A stretch of 64,000 nucleotides of DNA from Octopus bimaculoides (GCF_001194135.2 NC_068997.1:20354543-20418542); one strand, 5' to 3'. Numbered from the stretch's first letter, positions 1 to 51,654 are shown. The notes: generated from the sequence alone by a model not told the origin. A program made the numbers and translations.

Positions 1-1026
1 GGTTTAGTTGAACAAAACTACTTATTCTTTATTAAGCCTGATACCTCTGCTATTGGTCTCTTTTGCCAAACTACTAAATTACTGGATGTAAACAAACCAA
101 CACTGGTTTTTGAGCAGTGGTGGGACATGTATGCACTCATACACACACATAAACAACAGGCTTTTTTCAGTTTCCATCTTCCAAATCCACTCACAAAGCT
201 CTGATCAACCCACAACTTGTGGAAGATACTTGCCCAGAACCATGTGGTTGAAAAGCAAACTTCTTCCTAGCTAGACAGATTCTATAAATTTGAAATGCAT
301 TTAAAAATGCTCTTGCCAATAGTTTCTTCCTCTAACCTAATACTCTACATTTCAACACAACAGTTAAAATAGTTTACAGATGTTAGCAGTTCCAGGTCTT
401 ATCAAGAAATATTTCATGCCATGAAGTTTGAGCTTGTTTACTGGTGCCTGAATCTACTCGAATAATGATAAGCAGCTTGTTAGATATCGTGTTTATCTTG
501 AGTGCCTGCTGTTCTCCGTGACAGCTTCATAAGGTTATATATTCTCTAATTGTCTCGAACTAGCTTCTTTACATGGTAATAGATAGGTCAGTACAAGAAT
601 AATTTTGTTATATATTCTACTTTATATATGTGTGTGTGTTTTCTGTGTTGGCAGATGATACAAAATAGCACTGGAGACAAATTGTAAATTTTATCCAATG
701 CAAAGGATATTGTTAAAGTCTTGATAGTATCCGGTTAGTGAAAACAGTATCTGGATTAATCCAGTTGGCAGTGTGGACGTCTTTAGACAAAGTCTATAGT
801 GGTTGACATTAATCACGATAATAACAATAATGATTGAATTTTAGTTCAAGGCCAGCAATTTCAGAGGAAGGGGTAAATTGGTTACATTGACCCCAAAAGG
901 ATGAATGGCAGAGCTGACCTCGATAGAATTTGAACTCAGAATGTGAAGACAGGCAGATTGCCACTAAGCATTGTGCCCAGTGTGCTAATGATTCTGCCAG
1001 CTCACAGCTCTAATCATGATTATAAT

Positions 1027-1376
1027 AACAAGAGCACTTGGAGAGTGCAAACCTCTGCCAAGGCAACACCAGCATCCTCTCAATGATTTTTTAAAATGAG
1101 AATATCTGAAATAAACTCAACTGCTCTCACAAGCAAGAACGCTAAAAATGAAGCTGACCGCTCTCAAAAATTAAAGAAACAGGAAAAATAATCCAGAGTC
1201 CTTGTCCACATCAATCCCAAAACTTAATCAGTTTGTGCCAGTCACGAGGCTAAACATCCCTGAAAGTTTCATCTGAATCCATCCATCCATCGGTTTTTGA
1301 GATAGCTTGTCCACAGACCAACAAACAAACACAACCGAAAACAATACCTCTGCCTTCGCTAAGGTGGAGGTATTAA
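1027..1376 (+). mobile_element. Helentron/HINE-like non-autonomous element
   Basis: AACAAGAGC start, (ACAA)n microsatellite near the 3' end and terminal hairpin AATACCTC-tgCCTTcgctAAGGtg-GAGGTATT; classification is inference. Confidence 0.5.
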
Positions 1377-1664
1377 TCCTTTCTACAATAGGCACAAGGC
1401 CTGAAATTTTGTGGGAGGGGACTCAGAATGTAAAGATGGACAAAATGCCACTTAAGCATTTTGCCCAGCATGCTAATAATTCTGCCAGCTCGCTGCTCTA
1501 ACCATGATCATAATAATAAACCTTTGTACCATAAGGCCTGAAATTTTTGGAGAGGGAGCTAGTTTATTACATCAACCCCAGTACACTACTGCTACTTATT
1601 TCATTGATAAGGCAAAGTCGATCTCAGTGGAATTTGAACTCAAAACATATCTGCCAAACATTTA

Positions 1665-1965
1665 CATACTGCTGAGGAGAACACAAGTCAGATGGGTAGG
1701 CCACTTTGTTCAAATGCCTGACACACAACTCCCCAAGAGATTGTTTTATGGCGAACTGGCAGAAGGCAAGCACAAGCAAAGTGAACAGAAAAAACACTTC
1801 TAGGAGATACTCAAAGCCTCACTGAAGAGCTTTGAGATCAACCTGACACCTGGGGAAATTTAAGCATAAGACTGTCTTGTCTGGCAGAGCTGCACCAACA
1901 GAGATGCCACCTTCTACAAACAGAACAGTATTGCAGGAGCACAAAGTGTGAACATAAAAGAGACA
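1665..1965 (+). mobile_element. Degenerate RTE/BovB-like LINE ORF2 C-terminal relic
   Basis: QVRWVGHFVQMPDTQLPKRLFYGELAEGK followed by a stop and a decayed continuation (LKASLKSFEI). Confidence 0.82.
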
Positions 1966-2780
1966 AATTGCCAATGAGCAATTTGTCCAACATGGTAACG
2001 ATTTTACCAGCTCACCACCTTTATTAATGGTAATGATAATGTTTTCTTTATTAACCACAAAAATCATTGGAGATGTTACAGGACAATATAATGTGGGGTT
2101 ACATATGAACATGTAATTAGTAAAAATTGGTAACAATATAAAATAATGAATAATTTCCCAAAAGTGTGAGACTTCCTAGGGCTGCTAGTGGAGACCCCAC
2201 AAAACCATGGTTGCCCTGACCACTAGGGCAAGTGCCCTCTCCACTTTTTTCTCTTTCAACCTACAGGTGCATGCTTAGAGTAGGCCTGTTTAATGGTTTC
2301 CAGTTTTAGTGAGAGGAGATTAGTCAATTACATCAATCCCAGAGCTCGACTGGTACTTTATTTTATCAATCTCTAAAGGATGCAAAATAAAATGACCTCG
2401 GCATGATACAAACTCTTTCCATAGATAAAAATAAATGGGTTTGCATAGGGTCCTTCACCCTTACCTAGAGAAAATCCCAGTTATGAGGAGCATTGATGAC
2501 AATTCAAAACCAACAAAATTTCAGATAGAATGGCCTTCCCTCCTGGAGGAATGGCTGCAACAGCCCAGAATGAAGAACAAATAAAAATTGTTGATGGAGT
2601 GGAAGGTTTAAGTAAATATGCATGACCAGAGTACTCAGTCACTTATTCAATAAGCAGGTTACTGAGATGATTGATCAATTATATAGTCATTATTGATACT
2701 GTTGAGGTCCATTTTACATCATTCTATTTACATTCATCATCCTTTCATGTCCATTTTCCATTCTGATATGGGTTGGAGTG

Positions 2781-2821
<41 letters not shown>

Positions 2822-3001
2822 ACACGCTCATCAATCATCTGCTGCACTTTGTTAAATGTAATGTTTATTGCATTTTAATCTATCACATCTTTATTTTAAG
2901 CACCAAGTCATAAATCAGTTAATATGAAAAGTAGTTTCATAAACATCTGTTAACATTTGGTGGTTGATTTCTCTGGCTTTTCTTTTTTTAAATTAATTAC
3001 T

Positions 3002-3162
3002 GGTGCAGGTACGACTGTATGGTTAAGAAGTTTGCTTCCCAACCACATGGTTTCAGGTTCAGTCCCACTGCATGGCACCTTTGCTAAGTATCTTCTACTA
3101 TAGCCCCAGATTGACCAATTCTTTATGACTGAATTTGGTAGACAGAAAGTACATGGAAGCCC

Positions 3163-3225
<63 letters not shown>

Positions 3226-3262
3226 AAAAGTGTGTTTGTCCCCCAAACTGCTTGACAACTGG
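3002..3262 (+). mobile_element. tRNA-derived octopus SINE, family A (A/B-box head, GGCACCTTGGGCAAGTGTCTTCTAC core, TA/CA microsatellite, conserved tail)
   Basis: Head ...GTATGGTTAAGAAGTTTGCTTCCCAACCACATGGTTTCAGGTTCAGTCCC. Further copies at about 1-260(-), 5140-5420(-), 12327-12600(+), 14800-15020(-), 16520-16780(-), 18610-18740(-), 20632-20975(+), 33100-33230(-), 36596-36960(+), 44575-44700(+), 51160-51525(-), 53850-53980(-). Confidence 0.8.
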
Positions 3263-4023
3263 TGGTGGTTTTTTTGGATCCCAATTTCAATAATAAATGC
3301 TATCAACATGGAGGAACCGCTCAATCAGAAAGAAATTGAAATTCACTGACATGAGAAACAACCAACTTTATTTTTGGTTTCAATAACTTGAAAATAATTT
3401 TGCAAACTTTTCAGGGCAAAAAGGATGTATTTACACTATATTTGCTTATGCTTAGAAAGCATGAAAAATTGCTGATATTATCTTCAAACTTTGCTTTTAC
3501 GATTTTTATTTAAACCCCAAAGAATTTCTCTCAATACATGGCTCTGATGCTCCCCCACTACTGCTCATAATCAGAGACATATATTGTCAGCCACTAAGGG
3601 ACATACTCAAGTGGTCATGGTCAAGCAAAATATTTGCTATAACGATATTTCTGCTTCAGCAACTCAGTGCTGAATCTGTTTGAAATGTAATGGAAAATTG
3701 GTCAGTTTCAAAACATCGAGGTCTGAATCACAAAAGCAAAGTCTGAAGGGAATAGCAGAAATTTCCTTTGATTTCTAGAAAGAAGCAAATAGAAAATAAC
3801 ACTGACTGAAAATAAAACAAAAAAATGTTGTTACACAGTGTTGTCTAATGTGTCCCCTTATATAAAATAATGGTGCGTGGTTTGAGGCCACTAAACCTGC
3901 TTTTTCTAGCAGGCTGAACACCCATATAGGGGCTCCCTGCATGGTTTGTGTAGTGGTTAATAAGTTATTGTATCATTGTTGAAGACTATGTTGTCATTGG
4001 TTAACAAAGAGAAAATATAAAAA

Positions 4024-4324
4024 TGAGATGAGTGGGCACAGCTGTTTGGACACTGGCGATTTGGCATGGCTAACTGGACAGTGAACCAGTTTTGTAACAG
4101 TAATTTTTTGGCACTGGAGATAAACACACATACATACAGAAATATGCATACTGAGAGACAGACATTACAATTTATCAATTGAATGCAACAGAAACATTTT
4201 CCCATGCCTCATACATATCAAAAGAAATATGCTTGAACACACAGAAGAGAACTGTTAAAATGGCTGATGTCAAATCAGCGATGCCAAACAGGCAGCACCA
4301 AAATGGCTATGTCCAAATGTCTCA
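4024..4324. mobile_element. MITE with long degenerate subterminal inverted repeats; second copy at 62167-62565
   Basis: Both copies start TGAGATG..GGC/GTGCAGCTG.. and end ..ATGCCAAA..GGCAG..CC.AAATGGCT.TG.CCA.A.GTCTCA with a colinear interior. Confidence 0.65.
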
Positions 4325-4375
4325 CACACAAGAAAGTGAATGATAAAATAACAAACACATTAGCGATTGATTAAT

Positions 4376-4381
4376 TTTATT
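4376..4381 (-). terminator. Candidate COPA polyadenylation signal AATAAA
   Basis: First canonical hexamer I found downstream of the stop (about 220 nt) on the minus strand; not confirmed. Confidence 0.5.
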
Positions 4382-4599
4382 AACCTATTAACGTATATAT
4401 AATATATGTTTAAATATATATATATGTATATTTTTATAAACCAAAGTTGTATTAATAATACCTGTTACTTTATATCCATAGTAAAATAGAATGAAAATGT
4501 AGGAATATGGAGACGGTAACAATTCTGTAAACCTGTGCTTTCAATGGAATTATTAGTAAGCCAAAATGATCCATGGTTAAAATACTGTTGAAATCCAAA

Positions 4600-42448
<37,849 letters not shown>

Positions 42449-42554
42449 AGTCGAGGGACTACAATCGGTGAATGCTTTGTTGACTGGTTCTTCTTCGTAA
42501 AGCTCTCGACTTCTGGATAAATTGTAAAAAATGTCAACGTGGATTGAACATGGC

Positions 42555-42605
42555 AGAACTTCCTGTTCAGCAGCGAAATATATATCGCTTGCTGATTGGT
42601 CCATA
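42555..42605 (-). promoter_or_regulatory. COPA proximal promoter candidate: CCAAT box and ETS-type site
   Basis: Minus strand reads GGACCAATCAGC (CCAAT 42599-42595, canonical NF-Y context) and CAGGAAGT at about 42565-42558, 110-150 nt upstream of the ATG; CpG-retaining surroundings. Confidence 0.6.
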
Positions 42606-44699
42606 TTAACCAGTCCTTGTTGACGACACCTGTTTTGACACAGTCAAAGTAGTCTTGTCACTTTCTCTCAGCTGATGGCTGTAATAGAATGTTAAAGCAA
42701 CATAAACAATTACATCTTTCTGCAGCCTTTTTGGCTATGTATAACAAACACAGGCGCAATTATATACGTTTTCTTTTTCATGAATTGTTAGTTTAGAGCC
42801 AGAAATGTAATTTCACAGCTCTAGTAATTTTTCGTGGTCTCCTATCAAATAAATTAGACTTCTTGATATCGTTATTATTTTATTAACAACATAATTTGTT
42901 TTCTGTTATCCAGTCATTTATTTTAAAAATAATAAAACTGTAGTATTTAGTTGAGTCTCTCTAACATTGATTTTATTTTGATTTAATAACACAAGGAAAA
43001 ATCGATTCAATCGACCTTGATGTTTTACCATATTAATTCCTTCTGGCTGATGACGACGCTGAAAGAGTGAAAAGCCAAGTCGAACCACAACCTGTTTGAA
43101 CTTATAAACGTAACTTCCAAAACTTTTTTAAGCATAAGGTCAACTGGTGGAGCAGAGATATGATCGAAGACAATCTACTGTTTTACTCCCGAGAGAGAGT
43201 TTGTACAACAATCGGAAGAAATAGAGCTCTATACATGAATATATTTACTTTCTTATCTTTAAACGTCAGAATTCTCTAAAATGATTCAAGAGCTTGAAAG
43301 AATTGTAATTCACTCTTTGCATGGAAACAGGTGAGTGTTCGCAACAGGAGGGACATCTGGTCGCAGAAAATCTTCCTAAACGAATTCTCTCTGAACCTCA
43401 CAAGCATGGAAAAGTAAAGGTTAAAACAATGACTATTGATGATGTTCAAATTCTGCTGTGGTTGACTTTTAACATTTCAATTTTAATGAAATAAATATCT
43501 CTAATCTACATATTTAATTCTATTGAAGGAACCTAATTGCTTCACTACTTCAGAAAAAAAAAAAAAAAATTGATGCAAACCAGATCCCAATTACCTCCCT
43601 TTAATTAACAGTAAATGAGAAATGCACATCTATAATACTGTTTTCTAATTTAGGTACAAGGCCAGCAATTTGGAGGGAATGGAACTAGTTGGTTACATAA
43701 ACGCCAGAATTTGACTGACTTTATTATAATAATAATATAATAATAATAATGAAATTATTGTATACAGTGCTCAGGTGCACTACAACTTGTCAAAAGTGCA
43801 CATAAAGCATATGCAGTAATGTACAAATGTCCGGAAAGTGAACAGTGTATGAGTCAGATACATGCTTGTGTGTGTATGGAGGGGAGAAAATTAGGTGTAG
43901 TGTTGGCGAATCTCAGGAAGCATGGAAGTTTTGAAGGATGCAGTGCTCCGGCAACTAGCAACTGATGCCATCAATTTCTAAAAGATGAAAAGCAAAGCTG
44001 ATTTGAATTCAGAATGAAAAGAGCTAGAAAACATATTGCAAGTCTCTTTTTCCAACACTAATCATTCTGCAAATCCACCACCATTTGACAAATGCATTGA
44101 TCCTTTTTCATCACCCACTATCCCTTGGAGTATTGTGAGGGTAGAGTCCTAAGCACCTCCTCTATAGGGTCCTATCAGAAGCAACCATCATTAAACTTTC
44201 TTGCTGGATTTCCAAGAGTGACCAACTGAGACTACAGATACCATCTTTTTGGTTTACCTTTGGTCTCTATCTTATAATCTTTTCCAACAGCTTTCTAACC
44301 ATATATCCCTAGTACTAAAGCTGTGACCTCTCGATGCAGAGAAATAGCAGCTCAACATAGAGTGACCCCTTGATTTCCAAGCTGCTCATGCTGTTAAGTA
44401 ACATTATTCCAAAGACCCTTTGGAGAAACCCCATTTCAGTCACTTGCATGCAATGATAAAAAGTGTAACATTAGCAATAATTATTTATGAATTCCTTTTG
44501 CAAGATTCCTGATGTGAAATTGTGTGTTGAAACAGATATTGTTATATTTCGGGATAGTCATTTTTTTTTACGAACCACATAGTTCCGGGTTCAGTCCCAT
44601 TGTGTGGCACCTTGGGCAAGTGTCTTCTACTATAGCCTCGGGCTGACCAAAACCTTGTGAGTGGATTTGGTAGACAGAAACTGAAAGAAGCCCATCGTA

Positions 44700-44742
<43 letters not shown>

Positions 44743-44775
44743 CAGCTTATTTCCTTAATAAAACTTCTTCTGTTT

Positions 44776-44844
44776 CATCATCATCATTGTCATCATTGTT
44801 ATCACCATCACCATCGCCGCTGCCAAAACCACCACCACTACCAC

Positions 44845-44912
<68 letters not shown>
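44776..44912. repeat. (CAT)n/(CAC)n trinucleotide tract, tail of an RTE 3' fragment
   Basis: Long pure CAT run followed directly by TTTAGCATCCATT..CCATTCTGGCATGG; explains the poly-S and poly-H ORFs. Confidence 0.9.
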
Positions 44913-44913
<1 letters not shown>

Positions 44914-45734
44914 TTAGCATCCATTATCCATTCTGGCATGGATTAGACAGTTTAATAGGATCTGCCAAACTGCACAACTGCATCAGGCTCCAATGTCAGC
45001 TTTGGCATGGTTTCTACAACTGGATACCCTTCCTAACACCAAGAAATACCCTTAAAAAGTTCATCCTAAATGTGCATGTAGGAGATGGATCTGAAAAGGG
45101 ACTTAATAAGCATTTCTATTATTGATTCAGGGTCACAAATTTGAGAGTAACAAACAGTCATTAATTCATCTCCAGTACTTCTGGGACCCATAAAATAAGC
45201 ACCAAATACTTATTTTGCTGACCCCCGAAGGATGTAACGGTCAAGGCAACTACAGCAGGATTTGAACTCAGGATGTACAGAGACATGTCAACAGAAACAT
45301 TAACTTCTTTATTGGCTGGGACAGCTGGTCTTGATCTACTTTTATCCTATTCTTATATAGCTGAGACAAACTTCATTGCTTACCAGATGTTAGCTTACGA
45401 AAAATTAAAATCACATTTCCGAGATTGATAAATGTTATGCCTAAGGGATTGTTTTTCTAAAAGCAAGTGATTCTCCTGCAGCTGTCTTATAAGAAATATG
45501 GCACCACTGAGCTCAAGTCCTTGTGTAGTCTGAAATACTTATCTCTGCTTCACTCTGTCTCTGAACAAATGAAAGAGAAGATCAAAGCTGTAAAGTGAGA
45601 AAATAGAGATTGATAATATAGCATAGAAAACAGATTTCATTTTATCTGATTTAAGACAGAGCTTTCATTGATTCCCAGATAGGAAATTTGTAGGTGTTGT
45701 ACAAAGGTATGCATTTTGGAAAAGAAGTAGAAGG

Positions 45735-46062
45735 GTAAAGACCCACTTCAGTCATAAATGACCATGGGGTTGCACCTAGGAAGTTCCCCTCTGTGACACA
45801 AGTCTGGGCAAGGTTGTTTATGGAAGATCAGCAGTTGCCCATGCATACCATCCTCCCCTCTCTGTGCCGCTGATGTTATCCAAGGGAAAGGCAAACGCTG
45901 CTACAGCTGATACGTTGCAACTCATTTCTACAGCTGAGTGAACAGGAGTAACATGAAATAAAGTGTCTTGCTCAAGAACATAACGCACAGCCCGGTCTAC
46001 GAATTTAACTTACTACCTCATGATTGAGAGCCCGACACTCTAACCACTGAGCCATGTGCCTG
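45735..46062 (-). mobile_element. tRNA-derived SINE family D; second copy at about 52822-53110
   Basis: Minus strand head GGCACATGGCTCAGTGGTTAGAGTGTCGGGC, central CTTGAGCAAGACACTTTA and a shared 3' body in both copies. Confidence 0.72.
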
Positions 46063-47345
46063 CAGAGTTTGCATAAACAACTGCTCAACATTTTACTGGT
46101 ATTCAAGGTTGCCGGTTGGCAGAATCAATAGCACATCGCGCAAAATGCTTAGTGGCATTTTGTCCATCTTTATGTTCTGAGTTCAAATTCCACTAAATTA
46201 ATTTTTTCAGGGTCAATGAATTAAGTACCAGTTGAGCACTAGGGTCAATGTAATAGACTTACCACTACCTTGAAATTGCTGGCCTTGTTCCAAAATGTGA
46301 AACCAATATTTTACTGGTATACATTTCATTGCAGCGGTAAAGTAAAGTAAAGGGGAGCGGGGGGGGGGGGCAGTCATCCCTGGAAAAACGTGTATGACAA
46401 TGAAAAATGTTCTCCAGTCTATCATGCTTTAAATGTTCCTATGATTTAAAGCTCTCCCTTCAAGGTACAATGCTGGCATCAGTTTTGATATTATGGATCA
46501 TGAAGACTTGTATGTTCATAAAGATCCCACCAACTACACAAAGCCTATAAAGTGGCAGGTAGGATTTCAACCATTATACTGGTCCAGGATCCTGATGAAA
46601 GGATGAAAGACAAAATTGATCTCAGTTGGATTAGAACTCAGAACGTAAAGAACTGGTAAAAAAATGCCACTAAGTATTTTGCCCAACTTGCTAACAAGAA
46701 CAACAACTAGACATTGTTGTGGTGTAGAAATCATCATCATCATCATCATCATCACCATCATCATTATCATTTAAATGTCCATGTTCCATCTTGGCATGGA
46801 AATGTTACATACAGATGCAACCATCCCAGGAGATCACAGAATAGCTAGCAAAGAGCGCAAGGAAATTGATAAGTATTTGGAACTTTCATTTGGAAATCTC
46901 AAGAATGTGGAACATATAAACCAAAGTTATGCTAATAGTAATCGGAGATCTTGGTACCAATCCTAACAAATTTGCAACACATCAACGAGCTGAATATCAG
47001 TCCGACTTGAAATTATGAGCATTCTGACTAAAACTCTTCAAGATGGTCCTCTAGCAATGCCGAAGTCCAGTGGCTGAAGCAAATTTAAGATACTGTTTCA
47101 TTTTCCAGCCGCTATCTAGATGTTAGCTTGTTTTCCACAGTAATTAAACATGGGTTCATAATTTCTGTCATCATGTTTAAGGCTTAATCAAATATCATTG
47201 TTCTTCTCAGATTGGTTGAGACCGACAGTTTTGGACTTTATGGAGTTTCTGGTTATGTTTTTTGGTCTTTCGTTTTTTTTTTGTTTGTTTTATTTTAAAG
47301 TGAACATACATATAGAAAAAAATTATACAAAGAATAAAAGAATAT

Positions 47346-47389
<44 letters not shown>

Positions 47390-48039
47390 CGCACAAACAT
47401 GCACACACATATGCATACAAACATATACTTATTCATACGTGCACACACACACACACACACTCACACATTTGTATAACTATAAACACTTCTCTGCNNNNNN
47501 NNNNAAAAAAAAAAAAAAAAGAAGAAAGAAAATAGGTTAATATATATAATATTGATTTCTTTATTTGGCCCAAATTTTTAAGGGTTACTATCGTTGATAA
47601 ACTCATGTTAAGGATATTTTATCGCCCCTGATGTAATGACCGGTTAAGTTGACCTCGGCAAGAATTAGAAAATTGGGTCGCGATTTACTGAATTAAAATA
47701 GTGGAACATTTAGTTTCAGTTCTGTAACCATCTTTGCCAACAATACAGCTGTAAAGTTAATTTCGTCACATTTGCAATTGGAAAGACGCAGTTACGATCA
47801 GAAGGAGATAGCAAGTAATAGGAATTACATAAAACGATTGAAGATGAGAGAGAGAGAGGGAAAAAAACAGAGAGGAGGAGATTGTAAGAGAGAGGGGAGG
47901 TAAATAGAAAGTAAATTTAGATAAAGAAGGCAAAATAGGGAGAGATACTGTAAGACAGGGATGTAGACAGAGAGAGGGCGTGACAAGGAGTGAAAAGATA
48001 AGGAAGACAAGAAGAGAACGAAATATAATTAGAGATAAG

Positions 48040-48470
48040 GTGCGTGACGTAAGGGAGGTAACTCGTAAGAAGGCAAGCCTAGCTTTGTCTCTATTTCAAT
48101 TGACAATTGTAGCGTGAACCTGTTTATCATTCTTACTGACGCCACAAATATAAAACTTACTCCCCCATACACTTTCTGTTACCTAGAATGGAAAAATACT
48201 CGCTGCGCTGATTTTATCTGAGGCTATTCTGAACTTTTGTTTGTTTGTTCACAATATTAATTAACACAAACTTAATTCCAAGACTTGAAGTAAATTTGAA
48301 ACTAAGCTTTCACTATCATTCTCTCTCCCGCCTTGATTTGTTTTTTTCTTTCTCCGTTTGCCCTACTCCACATCTCCCCCCCACCCACTTCTTTCATTCG
48401 TTCTGTCTATCGCGGTTAAACGTTCTCCCTTCCTCTTCAAAAGTATAAAATCTTTTTCCGTCTTCAGGTA
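48040..48470 (+). promoter_or_regulatory. Glutaredoxin upstream region: CRE-like TGACGTAA (48045-48052), TATAAAA (48444-48450), possible splice acceptor TCTTCAG ending 48467
   Basis: Motifs seen in a CpG-retaining stretch before the ATG; function unverified. Confidence 0.35.
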
Positions 48471-48551
48471 TAGATTGTATTTTTGGATCAAGTTAATACA
48501 TTTTTAAAGAGCTTTACTCAGACTTGGACACACGCACACATCCATAACACA

Positions 48552-48773
48552 ATGGGCAATATCGAAGAATTGGTACTATCAAAAATCAACAACAAAAAGG
48601 TTGTGATATTTTCCAAATCGTACTGTCCATTTTGTTCCAAAGCCAAACAGGCTTTCAGAGATCACATCGGTAGCATCATCAGTCCTGATGATTATGAAGT
48701 GATGGAATTGGAAGATCATCCAGATGCAGAAAAAATCTTGGATTACTTGCTAGATTTCACTGGATCCAGAACG
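48552..48773 (+). CDS. GLRX: Glutaredoxin (dithiol, Grx1-like) first coding exon, 74 codons; gene incomplete in the visible sequence
   Basis: MGNIEELVLSKINNKKVVIFSKSYCPFCSKAKQAF...YLLDFTGSRT, with CPFC active site and VVIFSKS motif; donor ACG|GTAAGT falls just before the expected VPRVF glutathione-binding motif. Confidence 0.93.
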
Positions 48774-49219
48774 GTAAGTTAACACGGTATCTTATTACTT
48801 TTGTTGTTTACTAGCTTTTTATCGCCAAATATCGTTTAGTAAGCCTTACCATTAGTTACGACACGAAGGAGTTTTATTTTTAGCTATCTTTCCTGTGTCA
48901 TAGATTTACATCATCATCATCATCAACATCACCATCGCTACCGTCATCATAATCGTCATCATTAATAACAACTACAACCTCTCGTCGTCATCAAGTCGAC
49001 ATAATGTATATTTAGATTTGACGCGCTTTTTTTTTTTATTATACAACCCAGTCCAGTGTTAACAATGTATATCAATTTAGCTGGACCAATTATTTTTCCT
49101 TTTCATTTTTGTATCATTATTATATTTCACTGAAAACGTTTATACATTGTATATATATNNNNNNNNNNNNNNNNNNNNNNNNNNNNNNNNNNNNNNNNNN
49201 NNNNNNNNNNNNNNNNNNN

Positions 49220-49256
<37 letters not shown>

Positions 49257-51654
49257 TATAGTACGGACTATAATTTTGTTTTTGTTGTTATTGTTACTGT
49301 TATTAACTCTAACTCTTTGCCTATAACAAAAATTCTACTTGATGCTGCACCTGCCCTGTTCCGGAGCTAACATATGTCAAACCACTTCAATCATATCTAA
49401 TAAAATAATATGTGTAATTTTCTCATATGTCGTACAATTGTTTTAAAGTGAGTTGGAAATTTCCACTCACCCTCTGGAAGCTCTCCAAAGTGAGCAATTT
49501 TAAACCGAGGAACAAACCTCCGCCTGTCTTAGAATGAAGTCTCCTCCTCACACTTGTCTTTCGCTTTCTCCACAGTCTTTCCTTTTTACGTTTTACTCTA
49601 GCGAAGCATTGCATTCCTTGTTTTACCGTTTAAATAGACGTATTTGAAAGCAGACACTGAAAATAAACATCTAATCAATAGTGATTATAAGTGATTGTTT
49701 AGTTAAATTTAAAGAGATAATCGTATGTTTGTATCTTCTTTTGTTAAGAAAAGGCTGGGCCGACCATAATTGACAGCTAAATACACACTACTACTTTTAA
49801 CAATGCGTGGTTAAGCAAATAATTATTTGCAGTACACTTAATTGCTTTCCATTAATATTTGAAGCATTTACTGCTATTTGTTCACTTTTATTGCTTTTGC
49901 GGGAAGAAACAAATATATCAAGTACCTGTTCTTATTAAAAGTTTTAACGCCCCACATGCTTGGATTATATTAGCACGTGTTTTAACTCCATAAGGCCTAG
50001 CTACTGCACTAGTATTTCAGGGATCGTTACCTTTATAGAAAAAGAGTAAGGATAATAGCGGTTTGTTTCATCAGTTTTAAATTTTATATCGACGGCATTT
50101 GAAACATTCACGTTTATTTCCTTGTTTCTTATTTTTTTTTCTTGTAGATATCCGCTTACTAGCACCTAGATTATAAAGTTTCTTTCTTATAAAGATTAAA
50201 GGCATTCTTCATGACTATCCTATGAGGTGTATCACCCTTCATACTACCTCGAATTTGCCCTCTACAGGCACACAGCTCCTATGTATCAACCCCAGTTTGC
50301 AAGCACAGGCGATGTCATTTGATATCTCAATGAATAATGTACTTAATGTTTCTTGCTATTTGTCCCGACATTTAATAGTTTGTTTGAAAATAACTTATAC
50401 ACTTCATAAAACTAAAGGGAGAGGCGCAGGGTTTAACTATGACGATGTTGTATTAACTAAACCAATATTTTCCTATTTAGCTCCTTAGTCAAAATGTTGA
50501 CTCCCATAAATTCACTATATCAGATGCACTGCTGATAACATCCGCTTCTTATACGAGCCAACGAAGGAGCCTCTACATAGTTGCTCGGTCGGTCGGCTAG
50601 AAATAGATGTAAAATTCTCTCAACTCACATCGAAACACTTGAGTTTTAAAACAATGCAGTCCCAGATGTATGAAAGAGGGTTGGTTAAATCTGGAACACC
50701 TTTGATCATAAGATGTCTTGATCGCGTTTGACCAAATAAAACGATATAACTTGTTTGTATGTCGAACAAATCATCTTGACCAGTGGAGCAGGTTGCCAGC
50801 GCCTGGGGCATGGCATGTATTTTCTCTTTTTATTATATATTACTCTTTTTTTTTTTTTTTTTGAACTGTTGCTCCAAGGACAACTGCCCATGAACCCCAC
50901 GCTATCCATTGAGCTTTATGGAGGATATATCCCTGTCCAAGTTGTCATGCTAGAGGTGTTAAACTCATCCAAACAAACTGACCAAACTGTCATTTTAAAT
51001 GCTGCAGATTGCCGATGCTTCAACTTAATGGAATAAAACGATGGAATTTGAGGAAAATTAAAACAAAGTTACTAGCGTCTGATCCTTGGGTTTAGTACTT
51101 CGTTTTCGCTTTCATCAGCCAGCAATGGTAATAACATTTTGTTTGGCGACCAGCAAAGGCATATCTTTTACATGTTTCAGTTATTGTACAGCAATAATGG
51201 TGTAGCACTACCTTAAAGGGTTTAGTGGCACAAATCAATTTCAAGTCTGGTACTAAATCAATCGGCATCTTTTGCCGAACCACTAAGTTATGTAGACATA
51301 AACAAACCGATACCGGTTGTCTAGCAGTGGTGGAGTACAAACACAAAGGCGCACACACACACACACCACACACACATGATGGGATTCCTCACAGTTTCTG
51401 TCTATCAAATTCATTCACAAGGCATTGATCATCCTGGGGTTACATTAGAAGACTCTTGCCCAAGATAACTGTGTGGTGGGACTGAACCCGAAGTCACCTG
51501 GTTGTAAAGTGCACTTCCTAACCTCACACTTATGTCCCATAAGTGCCGGTGCCACATAAAAGCACCTGTGCTGGCATCATGTATAAACACCCAGTACATT
51601 CTGTAAAGTGGTTGGCATTAGGAAGGGCATCCAGTTGTAGAAACCATGCCAGTG

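Noticed and set aside
3002-3080. tRNA genes
   Set aside because: All A/B-box-like sequences are SINE heads followed by SINE cores; no complete cloverleaf was seen.
44703-45125. Poly-Ser and poly-His ORFs (140 aa and 69 aa)
   Set aside because: Artefacts of (TA)n and (CAT)n microsatellites at an RTE tail.
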